A DNA stretch of 63,769 bases, counting the filler, from Reclinomonas americana ATCC 50394 (Eukaryota), in the NCBI GenBank assembly GCA_048213135.1. It is 4 parts of 2 records of this genome, joined end to end, with 100 filler letters (N's around TTAATTAATTAA, not from the genome) between each part and the next. Parts side by side here need not be neighbours in the genome. Positions count along the whole stretch, not along the records: positions 1 to 29,142 come from PS015122.1; 3 more parts are not named here. One strand, given 5' to 3'. This document shows, piece after piece, positions 10,836-22,300 of this stretch. Numbering within the stretch: the stretch's first letter is position 1; each line of letters opens with the position of its first letter. The position numbers and the translations under genes are program-made. The notes beneath the pieces are model-generated. The model did no database searches, was not told the origin of the DNA, and saw only the letters and a list, made by a program, of their open reading frames with translations.

Positions 10836-12441
10836 ATGGTCAGCGCGCGAGGGGCACTGCTCCTCTTGCTATGCACTCTCGTCTTTGTACTTCTCTCACA
10901 ATGCGCACATGTGCTGAGCTTCAGCAGTGAGTGACATGCGGAAAACAAACTGCGCGCATTGATGTGTTCATGCTGACTCTTCCTTCTCTTCCTTTCCCAG
11001 TCAAGTACCGCGCATTCACCTCTGCATACGAGGAAGTGCGTCGCTCTTCTCTCTTCTCCCCTTCCCCTGTGTTCTCTGTCTCTCTCACACACGCGCGCAT
11101 GCAGAAACGACGATGCTGGTGCCCCGACGAGTCGATGCCAGTGAGTACGCGTCTGTGTGGCAACCTCACGTGGTGCGCGCTGGATCGAGAGACCGGGCGC
11201 ATGCTGCTCTTCAAGTGCGTCGAGAGGGAACTGTCGGTGACCGACATGCGGCGCTCGGGCAAGGCATTCACCCCGATCAATGGCGCGTGGGTGCTGGCAT
11301 CGCCCGAGGAGCAGCAGCAGGCTAGCGAGGTGTGTCCGTCGGTGCACGAGAGCCTCCAGGAGTGGGTGAGTGTCGTCCTCCGAGTCGTGTGTTCTCTGTG
11401 GCAGGTGTGCAACTCATCGCGTGTACACAGTCGGTCGAAGATGGACACGGTTGGTCTCTGTCGTGCATACTCGCTCAGCGCTCTGCTCCTTCCTGACACT
11501 CCAGCGCGCCTGCAGCCCTCAGTAATATTCCATTCATGGTGTCGGCGCCGGTGTCTGTAAACGGCGTCGTTGAGTCGGCTGTGGTGGGCTCCGGCTTGGT
11601 CACGCCGTCGTTAATGACAGACGGCAGTCCGCCGCCGAGCGTCTCCTGCCTGATGATCTCGTCGCGCCCGGAGCGGCTGGCCTTTGCGGCGCGCGCCATC
11701 CACATGTACATGCAACAGTCGTACTCGGCACGAGAGCTGGTGATTGTGGCCTCGCCCGAGAGCGCACCAGGCCTCGAGCGTGTGCTGGAGGTGGTCGTCG
11801 GCGACAGCGAGCAGCAGCGACGAGCCGGCATTCGCGTGGTGACCATGACAGATGCCAAGTCGCAGACACTTGGCGACATGCGCAACCTATCGGTGCGCGA
11901 GGCCACTGGCGACTACGTGATGGTGTGGGACGACGACGACGTGTACGACCGTGACCGCATCCTTGTGCAACTGTCGACCGTGATTATCGTGCGCCAGTAT
12001 CAAGAGTACGAGAACGGAGGCTTCCCGCCATTGTCGGCCTGCCTGTTACGCCGCCAGCAGTTCATGCAACCTCGTGTATCGCCATCACTCCACATGACCC
12101 AACACCGCGGCTGGGAGAATTCGCTGCTGTGCTTGCGCTCGCAGATGCCCACGTACCCCTCGCTGGATCGAAGGGAGGACAGGGAGGCTGTGGAGCAGCT
12201 TTGGGTACAGAGTACCGTGCTGGTGATTGACGCACCGGCACTGTACACGTACATGTATCACGGCGACAACACGTGGGGCAGCGAGCACTTCTACCACATC
12301 TGGGAGAGCTCGTCGGTGACGTTTGAGGGTGAATCGGCGGCGCAGCTGGTGGCGCAGACCCAACGACGTGCTGGACTCGACAGCGAGTGGAGAATACCCG
12401 GCGAGCTGGGGAAGACAGTGGAACGACTGCTGCTGCAATGA
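10836..12441 (+). CDS. GT2/GT-A family glycosyltransferase, copy 1, with N-terminal signal/anchor
   Basis: Hydrophobic N-terminus MVSARGALLLLLCTLVFVLLSQC, small 5' exons, then one long exon with VSCLMISSRPERL..QQSY..ELVIV..TLGDMRNLSVREATGDYVMVWDDDD..GWENS..ED..YHGDNTW. The 5' exon junctions are approximate. Confidence 0.85.
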
Positions 12442-12481
12442 AAGTAGTGTGACGTGCCCATCTATCTCCAAGCCGCAAGCA

Positions 12482-12552
12482 ATGGGGGAGGGCAGTGCCT
12501 TGGCAGTCTGCGGCTGAATGCTCGGTGCGCGCGTTCAGTGGAAATGTTCCGG
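12482..12552 (+). pseudogene. Relic of the COMMD8-like first exon left by tandem duplication
   Basis: MGEGSALAVCG* mirrors MAEGSALAVYAS at 14502; premature TGA and no downstream exon. Confidence 0.7.
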
Positions 12553-12587
12553 TTAAGCGACACTCTGTGTTCAGTACACACTTGCAG

Positions 12588-12752
12588 TCAGTTGCCGAAT
12601 GCCACTCTTGCTGACTTCTTCCTCGCCCTCCGTCTCCAGTGTTTCATCGGCCTTGCCAAGAAGCAGCTCAAGACCGCCACTGTGTGAGGGAATGAGCCAT
12701 GAACGAGTCTGTGTGTTCATGCAACTCAATATGGACTGTTGCATTCGACACC
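12588..12752 (-). pseudogene. Truncated URM1 relic (exon 1 and part of exon 2)
   Basis: Reads [31 protein letters not shown] with two small deletions relative to 10538-10641; start codon degenerate; the RPGIL..HGG exon is missing. Confidence 0.8.
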
Positions 12753-12847
12753 TCTCTCTCTCTTATCGATCTGCCTGCAATTTCGTTTTTCCCGCCAGCA
12801 TAAATTTTGTATTGATCGTGCGCGCGCGCCTCTCTCCCTCGCTCTGC

Positions 12848-14451
12848 ATGGTCAGCACGCGAGGAGCTCTGCTCCTCCTGCAATGCACTCTCGCGTTTGT
12901 GCTTCTCACACAATGCGCACATGTGCTGAGCTTCAGCAGTGAGTGAATGCGGAAAACAAACTGCGCATTGATGCGTTTATGCTGACTCTTCCTGCTCTCC
13001 CTCCCTCAGCCAAATACCGCGCATTCACCTCTGCGTATGAAGAAGTGAGTCGCTCTTCTCTCTTATCCTCTCCCCCTGTGCTCTTTCTCACACATGCGTA
13101 CAGAAACGACGATGTTGGTGTCCCGACGAGTCGAGGCCAGTGAGTACGCGTCTGTGTGGCAACCTCACGTGGTGCGCGCTGGAGCGAGAGACCGGGCGCA
13201 TGCTGCTCTTCAAGTGCGTCGAGAGGGAACTGTCGGTGGCCGACATGCGGCGCTCGCTCAAGGCGTACACGCCGATCAATGGCGCGTGGGTGCTGGCATC
13301 GCCCGAGGAGCAGCAGCAGGCGGGGGAGGTGTGTCCGTCGGTGCAAGAGAGCCTCCAGGAGTGGGTGAGTGTCGTCCTCCGAGTCGTGTGTTCTCTGTGG
13401 CAGGCGTGCAACTCATCGCGTGCACCCAGTTGATCGAGGATGGACACGGTTGGCCTCCTGCTCATTCGTTCTCGCTTGTCGCTCTGCTCCTTCCTGACAC
13501 TCCAGCGCGCCTACAGCCCTCGTCGACATCCCGTTCATGGTGTCGGCGCCGTTGTCTGTTGACGGTGATGTCGACAACGCAGTGATTGCCTCTGGCTTTA
13601 TCACGCCGTCGTTGGAGGTCAAGACCGATGCAGACGGCAGTCCGCCGCCGAGCGTCTCCTGCCTGATGATCTCGTCGCGCCCGGAGCGGCTGGCCTTTGC
13701 GGCGCGCGCCATCTACATGTACATGCAACAGTCGTATCCGGTACGCGAGCTGATGATTGTGGCCTCGCACGACAGTGCGCCCGGCCTGCAGCGCGTCCTG
13801 GAGGTGGTCGTCGGCGACAGCGAGCAGCAGCAACGAGCCGGCATCCGGGTGGTAGTCGCGGATGCCAAGTCGCAGACACTCGGCGACATGCGCAACCTGT
13901 CGGTGCGCGAGGCCTCGGGCGACTATGTGATGGTGTGGGACGACGACGACGTGTACGACCGTGACCGCATCCTTGTGCAACTGTCGACCGTGATTGTCGC
14001 GCGTCAGCATCAGGAGTACGAGAAAAATGGCTTCCCGCCACTGTCGGCCAGCCTGCTGCGCCGCCTGCAGTTCGCACAGCCTCGCGTGTCTCCGTCGATA
14101 CACGTGACCCATCAACGCGGCTGGGAGAACTCGCTGCTGTGCTTGCGCTCGCAGATGCCCACTTACCCCTCGCTGGATCGAAGCGAGGACAAGAGGGCTG
14201 TGGAGCAGCTAATGATGCAGAGTACCGTGCTGGTGCTAGAGGCTCCGGTACTGTACACGTACATGTCTCACGGCGACAACACATGGGGCAGCGAGCACTT
14301 CAGCCGCATCTGGGAGAGCTCGTCGGTGACCTTTGACGGTGAATCGGCGGCGCAACTGGTGGCGCAGACCCAGCGACGTGCCGGACTCGACAGCGAGTGG
14401 AGAATACCCGGTGAGCTGGGGAAGACAGTGGAACGTCTACTACAACAATGA
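12848..14451 (+). CDS. GT2/GT-A family glycosyltransferase, copy 2 (tandem paralog)
   Basis: Same exon structure and motifs as copy 1; many differences are synonymous and the catalytic ORF 13537-14451 is intact. Confidence 0.85.
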
Positions 14452-14501
14452 AAGTCCTGCAATGCATGCATCCTCGCACATCAATCAACAATCCGCAAGC
14501 A

Positions 14502-15129
14502 ATGGCAGAAGGCAGTGCATTGGCAGTCTACGCCTCGACGCTCGACGCGCTCACAGTGGAAAAAGTTCCGATGGGGGCCGCCATGTCACACACACCGCCC
14601 CCTCCTCTTGCGCGTTACTGACCCACTCACATTGCAGCTGCTTCACGAGGCCGTGGACGCCGTGTGTGGCCACGACACACCACGACCACTCTTCAATGCC
14701 GCTCCTCTGCGCGTGCGCGACGATCTTCCGCGCAGTCTCCTCTCGTCCATCACCGACGCCACCAGCGACGCCAGCAGCACAGCTGCCGCTCTGCGCGAGG
14801 TGTGGACGCGCGTGGTGCTGACTGATCGACGAGAGGACCTGCGAGTGGCCGCGCGCGAGGCCACTGTGCGCGATCTCTCGTCTGCGCAGTGGTCGCTGGT
14901 GGATGTGCACTGGTCGGTGCGTGTGGCGCTGGCCAGTGATACTGTGTGTGGGCAGCAGGTGCCGCTGGTGTTGGTCAAGTTGCGTCTGCGACGAGCGCAG
15001 CGCGGGGACTCGGCTGGCGCCACGGCCGACGAGGAGAGATATGTCACGCTGGAGATGAAGCGGGAGGAGATGGAGCCGTGGTTGGCGTCGCTGGCGGCCG
15101 CCAAGCACGCCCTTGATGAGTTTGCGTGA
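14502..15129 (+). CDS. COMMD8: COMM-domain protein, COMMD8-like (2 exons)
   Basis: LLHEAVDAVCG resembles the COMMD8 N-terminal helix; COMM domain LVDVHWSVRVALASDTV..VPLVLVKL..VTLEMKREEM..LASLAAAK. Confidence 0.75.
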
Positions 15130-15174
15130 GGCCACACATATCACGGGCACTGCTGTGTTAAGTGAAGTCGTATT

Positions 15175-16346
15175 TCACTCTTCTAGCACAAAAGCCAGTG
15201 TGACAATGGCGCTGCCGGTGGCGCCTCCAAACGTGTACGTGGGATACTTGATGGAGCTCACGAGGCGGAAGCCGTCTGGCCCGAAATCACGCACCAACTC
15301 GGCCTCTGTCCAGTTGCACGACGTGATCATGAAGACGTGTGGGTGGCCTGCGCGGGCGAAGGAACGGAGGATTGTGGATGCTCGTGAGAGGTGGGAAGGC
15401 TATTGACACGTTGGAAAGCGTGCAGAGAAAGAACAGGACGGAGTCGTGGCCACCACAGCTCTCTTCTCTCGTCCGCCACTCACCCACATGCAGCATCCGC
15501 TTCACATTCTGGCGGTACAGCTCCCGGTGCTGTGCGTTGCCACTCAACGAGATCGCATCGTAGGTGCCCTTGTCGTGCACCAGTTGATACTCGAGCTCTT
15601 CGTCTGGTGGCAGCGGTCCGTTGACAATGTCGAGCGCCTCGAAGCGCATCGAGTCCCCCACACCACGCGCCTCGGCATGCTGCCGCGCCAGCTCCACCGC
15701 CGGCAAGCTGTAATCGAAGCCCACCAAATGCTCAAAGCCGAGATCCAACTGTGTTGCTCAGTGAGCAGGGTACATGGGGCTGGGGTGGGTGGGGGGCGGA
15801 GGCCACTGACCAACTCGTGCAAGAAGTGCCCGTTGCCGCAGCCGAGATCGGCCACTCGACACTCACCGCGCGCCGGCAAGTAATCCTGCAACTGCTCGTC
15901 CACAAAGCGCACTTGCCGAGCCAGCTTGTCTTCGCCAAACCTGCCCGTTGGAGTGAGCCATCGTCCCTTCTTCTCTTCCTCCCAACCTGCTACTTACACA
16001 CCAGACTTCTCCAGCATCGCCTGCACGCGTGTGTGTCGCGAGTGAGCGAGTGGGTGTTGCATGCATGCACTCTCTCTCTCTTCACTCACCCGTGTCTTCA
16101 AACGTCTTCAAGTCGCGTCTGTAGAAGGCGTCCCAGCTGGAGCATGCACACATGCACACACGTGATGAGCGAGTTCATGCGCGCGCGTATGTGTGAGCAA
16201 GAGACGACTCACTATTCTTTTGTTCCGAGTGCGCTGTGCTTGAAATCGCAACTCTCGTCGACCTCGTCCTCATCCTCCTCCGTCGTCGTGTGCTCACTCT
16301 CGTCGGCACTCGCCGAGTGCTTCTCCTCCTCCTCGCTCTCCGACAT
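15175..16346 (-). CDS. EFM4: Protein-lysine N-methyltransferase EFM4/METTL10 (EEF1AKMT2)
   Basis: SALGTKEY|WDAFY..GEVW|FGED; DLGCGNGHFLHEL; GFDYS; VHDKGTYDAISL; ITSCNWTEAEL; YPTYTFGGATGS. Confidence 0.93.
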
Positions 16347-16375
16347 GCCAACAAGTTTCTAAACAAATTCATTCA

Positions 16376-19300
16376 TCACAGATCGTGTCCTGCATCGCGC
16401 GTCTCGCTCGTCACATCGTGGCCTCCTCCCTCCGCCCTCTCCAGCAACGGTACTTGCAGACTGGGTGCTCCGGTCACAGCTGCGGCGGTCTGGCCTGCGG
16501 TGTTGATGACGTGCAGGCGAGCGGGCGGCGGCATTCTGCGCGGAATGTCGCGCTCTGTCACCGTGTCGTCGGTGCTGACGGCTGCCGACTCGATCGCACC
16601 AAATGTCTGATCGTCGCCCGTCGACTGCTTCGTGCGACTGCGTATTCTCACCAGGAAGTCTCGAGCCTACGTCGACGGGTGAGCGGGTCCGACGAAGTGT
16701 CAGCAGGGAAAAGACAAGAAAGACAAACCTTGCGCCACCAGCGGCGAATGGCGGGGATGAATACCACCACCGAAGTCACCGACAGGAGGACCACGGTGAT
16801 GTCCACTTGCACAGTGCCGTCGATGCGCGACGACATGACGGTGGCCATGAGCACCAAGCCAAACAGTCCAATCGCCTGCCAAGCGAGTCAACAATGGGCA
16901 TCATCATTACGAGACGACAATCGCAAGTCGCAGTTCCCAAACCTCAAACACATTGGCCGTCTTGCCTTCGTACGGCCAGAACCACAAATGGAGCTGCATG
17001 AACGTGACTGTGAGGTGTGACGGCTCCAGTGGCTCACCAACTGCGTAGAAAACGAACCAGCAGGAAGAGCATGCACAACAGCCACAACAGAATCGTCATC
17101 ACGTCAATGTATCCGCGTGCGGCCAGCGGGAAGAACACCACCAACACCAGTGCGCGTTGTGCCAAATGCCACGACTCCAACCACACGAACTTGGCACGCG
17201 TGAGAAGGAACAGAGGGCCCAGCTGACGGCGCATCTGCAGAGAGCAGAGTCAGTATCCTGTGCAAACAGCAGCAGCTCAGTGGACTGGAAGGATATAAAA
17301 CCTTGGTGGTCTGCAGCCGCTGTGAGCGTTGCATGAAAAGCAACCAGACGGTCAGTGCCACTGGTGTCAGCGCCAACAGAACGAGAACGGTGATGACGAA
17401 GGGAGTGAGGCTCTGCCACCTGTGCATCATCAAATCCGCATTCAGTCAGCATTGCAAGAAGTGCTTCTCGAATGCTGCTGCAGCATATACCGGTCATCGC
17501 AGGCGACACTTGGCACGAGAAGCACGAATCTTCCGGTGCCGACTTGCTTGCACGTCAGGAAGGAGATGCAGGTGGCCATGATTCCAAAGTAACTGTGCGC
17601 CGCAGTGAGTCACGAGTGCCGGCATACATGACCTGTCGCACAAGCACACCTGGTGATACCCAGCACAATGCTGGTACGAATGTCTGCAGCAGCGAAAAAA
17701 GGTCAACTACCAAGGAAACGACTCTCTGCTATGATGACGGGCAACAGCACGCAACAGAAATCAGAGTGCGCCCAACGGCTAAACGCCTCGCCCGCACGCG
17801 AACGGTGCCCGCCACACGCACGAATGATGCGTGCAATGGCCATGTGCACCAGCAGAGTCATCCACACAAAGCCGACGTACACAAACGGCGTCAACATGGA
17901 GAAAATAATGGAGCCGATGCCGTCAACTGCACGACACGCAGACAGTGGTGTTGGTACGTGGGGCAGGAGCACGGCGAGGATAGCACGACGCACTCGGGAA
18001 TGGGCAGTTTGCGCTCAAGGCACCGCCAAGTGGCAAATGGAAGTTGATGATGCGCTGCGGAAACGAAGCAGTGTTAAACGCAGACGGAAGACAGCGGAGC
18101 GGGTACCAAATAGGCCAACAAAACACTCACCTCGAATGCCACCAACTGCGCCACAGACACATGCACACACCAGTGAGTGACTGCTAACCATACGCTTCTT
18201 CCAATCTCTCCCTCACTCACTCACCTCCGTGTTCGGGTACAGCAGCAGCGAAGTGACTTGCGACACAAAGAAGAACATTTTGGTGGAGACCTGCAGCAGC
18301 GATGAGAATTCCATTGCGGTTCGCCAACATCCCCAAAGACTGTTACGGACCTGCGCCTGGCCCTGCGCCAGCACATGTGACGCCAGTGCCCACAGCCACA
18401 TTTTAGCAAAGAGCCACACAATGGCTCGGGCGTCGGGTCCGGTGCACGGCAGGCACTCGTTGCCCCACAGCGAGTATCCATCCTGCGAACGCGGGAAGTA
18501 GTGAGTGAAACGCACAGAGCTATCCGCGCGTATGCGCGATGTCATACCTGGCACTTGCCGCACTGCATCAAGCACATGAGAAAAGTCAGCACTTCGAGCG
18601 GGGGGAGTACAAACAACGGTGCCACACGAACCAGAGGCGAGTTCGTGTCTCTGTGACTCGTCGGATTGCAGTACGACGTGTTGGCGGCAAACGGTGTGTT
18701 ATCGGTGTTGCGGATGCAGTAATCGTACGGACACACGTAGGTCTCGACTTGGCCACTCGGTTCGACTTGCTGGCTGCGGCCGAGCTGGTACGACTCGTAC
18801 GACTGAATCGGGAACGTCCATCTGTGCGTGGTCTCGTGCTGGTAAGTACCCACGGCAGGCAAGCAATCTACAAGAAAAAGCCACAAGCCGTACCTTCCGT
18901 CCTGGACCACCACATTGGCGCCACTCAGGCACTGCATTCCTGCTGGACACTCCTGACACCGCTGCTGAAACAGTGAGCCGGGCAGCGACAATGACCTGCA
19001 CCACACAATCAGACACGCTGAATAGACATCGGTGGCAGCCGCGCATTTCACCCAACGCACCCGAGCGGACAGTTGGTGCAGCCCTCGTTGGTGATGTACT
19101 GCTGCCCCACAGGACACGGCAGCACCACCATTGGCATGGGTGCTGGGTCGATGCCGAGTGTGGCAGACTCGCTCTTGACTGTCACCTCAAAGTCGTACCC
19201 GTCGCCCGCAGTTCCCATGGTGGTCACTGGCAACTCAAAGGTCGCCACACCACCACGCGTGGCCTCCGCGGTCACAGTTGACTGACACCGATGCAGAATG

Positions 19301-22300
19301 AGCACACATGCACACACATGCACACACATGTAGCACATCGAAAAATCTCACCGAATTCGAGCAACCGGGGCAACTCATTTGCAGCACGAAGCCATCGAGT
19401 GTCGACAGTGTGGTGTTGAAGACGTCGGTGACCATCACAGCCACAGTTCGAGCCTGCGCTGCCGACGGTGGCATGGCCATCGGCGTTTCATGCACTGCCT
19501 TGGCCGTGAACGGAGCTACGCACACAACACACAACAAGTCAAGATCAAAACCCGCCACAATGTACCATTCTGCTGCACGTACGCAACATGACGCCGTGCT
19601 GTTTCCGTAGGCTGCCGAATTGCCGACAAATGTGAGGCCACGCTGCTGATCCCATATTGGTTGCCACACGACAGTGGCCAGTCGGAGCAGTTCGAGACCA
19701 TTGACGGCTCCATCCCAGAATATGCCAGCTGTCGCGAAAACACGGATAAGAAGAATTAATCTCACTTGCACGCGCGTGCCTGCTCCGACTCTTCACACAA
19801 ACCGCCACCACCCGGAGCAATGTCGCCGTCGCTGAGGGCTGATTTGAGTGCAATGTTGTGATTGAACTGCACCGACTGGAGACTGACGCCCAGCGGATCG
19901 GAGAAGGCAGTGGTCCGCGTTTCAACAGTCGTCGAATCCAGGGACGCAAAATTGACGTACAGAGCCGCACCGCGACGACCATTGTTGCCATCAAACAGCG
20001 TGTTGGAAATGGACGCCGCGCCGACTGTTATCAAGCTGATGGCGCCACCATCCTGCACGGCCGAGTTGCGAGAGAAGATTGACTGCTGAACGGAGAATGA
20101 GGTGAAGGATGTGGCACTGATTGCACCGCCGTTGGAGCCTGTTGCAGCATTGCCGGAAAACGTTACGCCAGTCATATTGACCGTGGCCGAGTCCTGAATC
20201 AACATGGCGCCTCCTGTCGGAGCAAAGTTGCCGACAAAGGAGCCGTCGCTAAGCGACAGCTGCACAGAATCGGCAACGTAGAGAGAGCCACCAGAGTTGG
20301 AGGCCACATTTTCCGTGCACGTGACAGTGTCGAGTAGAACTTGCGCACTGCCAGCGAGAAACGCCGAACCGCCCGAGTAGGCCGCTGACCCATATTGCAG
20401 CTGCCCCGCGAGGTGTGTTAGCAGGCATCATCAACCACGTCCCACATGGACAAACACGGACGGAGAAAAGAAACCTGGCTGAAAGCCTCCTGCCACGTCG
20501 TCAATCCGGTGGCAAACACATGACCGCCATCGGTCTGAGCCTTGTTGTCGGAGATGGTGGCCGCCGAAGAAAAGAGCCGTGCCACCTGTTGCGAGTAAAT
20601 GCCACCTCCCGCCAGCGTAGCGCTGTTGGAATCGAGAGTCACCACGAAATTGGTGACGGTGGCGGCGCCGCTCCTGTGGTTCAAGCGACGCCTGGTCAGC
20701 ATGCAGCGCACTATTCTCACACTTGCTCGCCATCACGCAACAGATACATGCCACCGCCATCGGCCCGAGTGGCCACGTTGCCAGATATCAAAACGTAGTT
20801 GAAAAAGTGACTGCTTTGATCGGTGACAAACATGCCACCGCCAAAGGTGGCACGATTCTTGATAACAGACGACTGGTACCATTCCGTGATGGCGCTGACA
20901 CCCGCATAAAACCCGCCCCCAAAGCCCACAGCTGTGTTATTGTAGACCACGGAACCGCCTTGTACCGTAAGCTGTGCCGTAGACGACATGTACAGACCGC
21001 CACCGTTACTGAAATTGGCCATATTGCTTGTCACGTTGCACGATTGAAGCGTCTTCGGGTTGCGCACAGGAAAACACACACACAAAATGAGCGAAATAAT
21101 GGACGCTCCAGGTTGACTGCAAACAAATGTAGTACGCAACTGCCTGGACCATTTGGCCAACCAGTGAGATACCGCCACCGAATTCGGCAGTGTTGAACGA
21201 CACGGTGCTGTTGATCACCGACACTCCACTCTGAGGAAGCACGACGCCGATGCCACCGCCGCTGGCCGTCATGGCAGTGTTGCCAGAGATCACTGAGCGA
21301 ATGATCTTGGAAGAAAGACCGGCAGCAGACACGCCACCGGCACCATTGTCGGAAAATGACAGGTTATTGATGACATACGAGTCCATGATCGTCGAATAGA
21401 AGAGGAGGACGCCACCGCCGCTGGCCACCTGCGCGTTGACGATGTTGCCCTGAAATGTGCAGTTCATCGCCACGCTGGCTGAATCCAAAAGCAGAGCGCC
21501 TCCACCACACGCTTGACCAGCCGACACAGGCGGGGAATACAGCATCAGCACGTTGTTCGCAAACCAGCAATTAATCAGGGTCGAGTTCGTGGTGGCAAAC
21601 ACCGCGCCACCACCGTTGATGGAGCCGGAATCGAAGTATATGTTATCGTTCTTCGAAATTAAGCCTCCCTGACCAGGTTCGTGCGCCTGATTGCCCACGA
21701 GTGTCGAATTGAGCAACTGCACCGGACCTTGGCCAATCATGATAGCGCCTGCGTTGGTACACGCAGCCGTCAAGAACACAGCTATATGTGTGCTTCGATC
21801 ATGCGAACACGAAACCTCCGCCATTGCGCTGGCTGCCACGAGCATCCAGAACATTGTACGCGCCACCAGAGCCTGCACACGGAGAAGAGTGAGTCTTCAC
21901 TGTCCCGAGATGAGAGAACGAGAGGACGCACCATCTCGAATCGACATATTTTGCGTCAGTGTGCAGTTTCGAATTATGGCAGGCGTCTGCACATGAACGA
22001 AGGGGAAATCAGCTTGCGAAAGCGACAGTGGAGTGGAGGTGTGTCAAAGTACACACCGTGGCGCCAGACGCGAGGAATATACCGCTGCGGTATCACCACC
22101 GTCAACGTGAGTACTACAACGCACGGGACAGCTACGATGATTTGGATACATGCACATACCCGCCACCATTGTAGCCGCCGGAACTCGAGCCGAAGCGCGT
22201 GTTGTTTGCTCCGCCGGAACCATTCTCTGCCGTGTACAAGTGCGTTTCTGTGAATCACAAGCACAGCAGCGAAGCGAGACACGTGCACGACGGCGCACCT

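Larger units (their letters stand above)
10535..14572. repeat. ~2.0 kb tandem segmental duplication (about 10535-12552 and 12585-14572)
   Basis: Colinear similarity from inside URM1 exon 2, through the GT2 gene, into COMMD exon 1. Confidence 0.9.
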
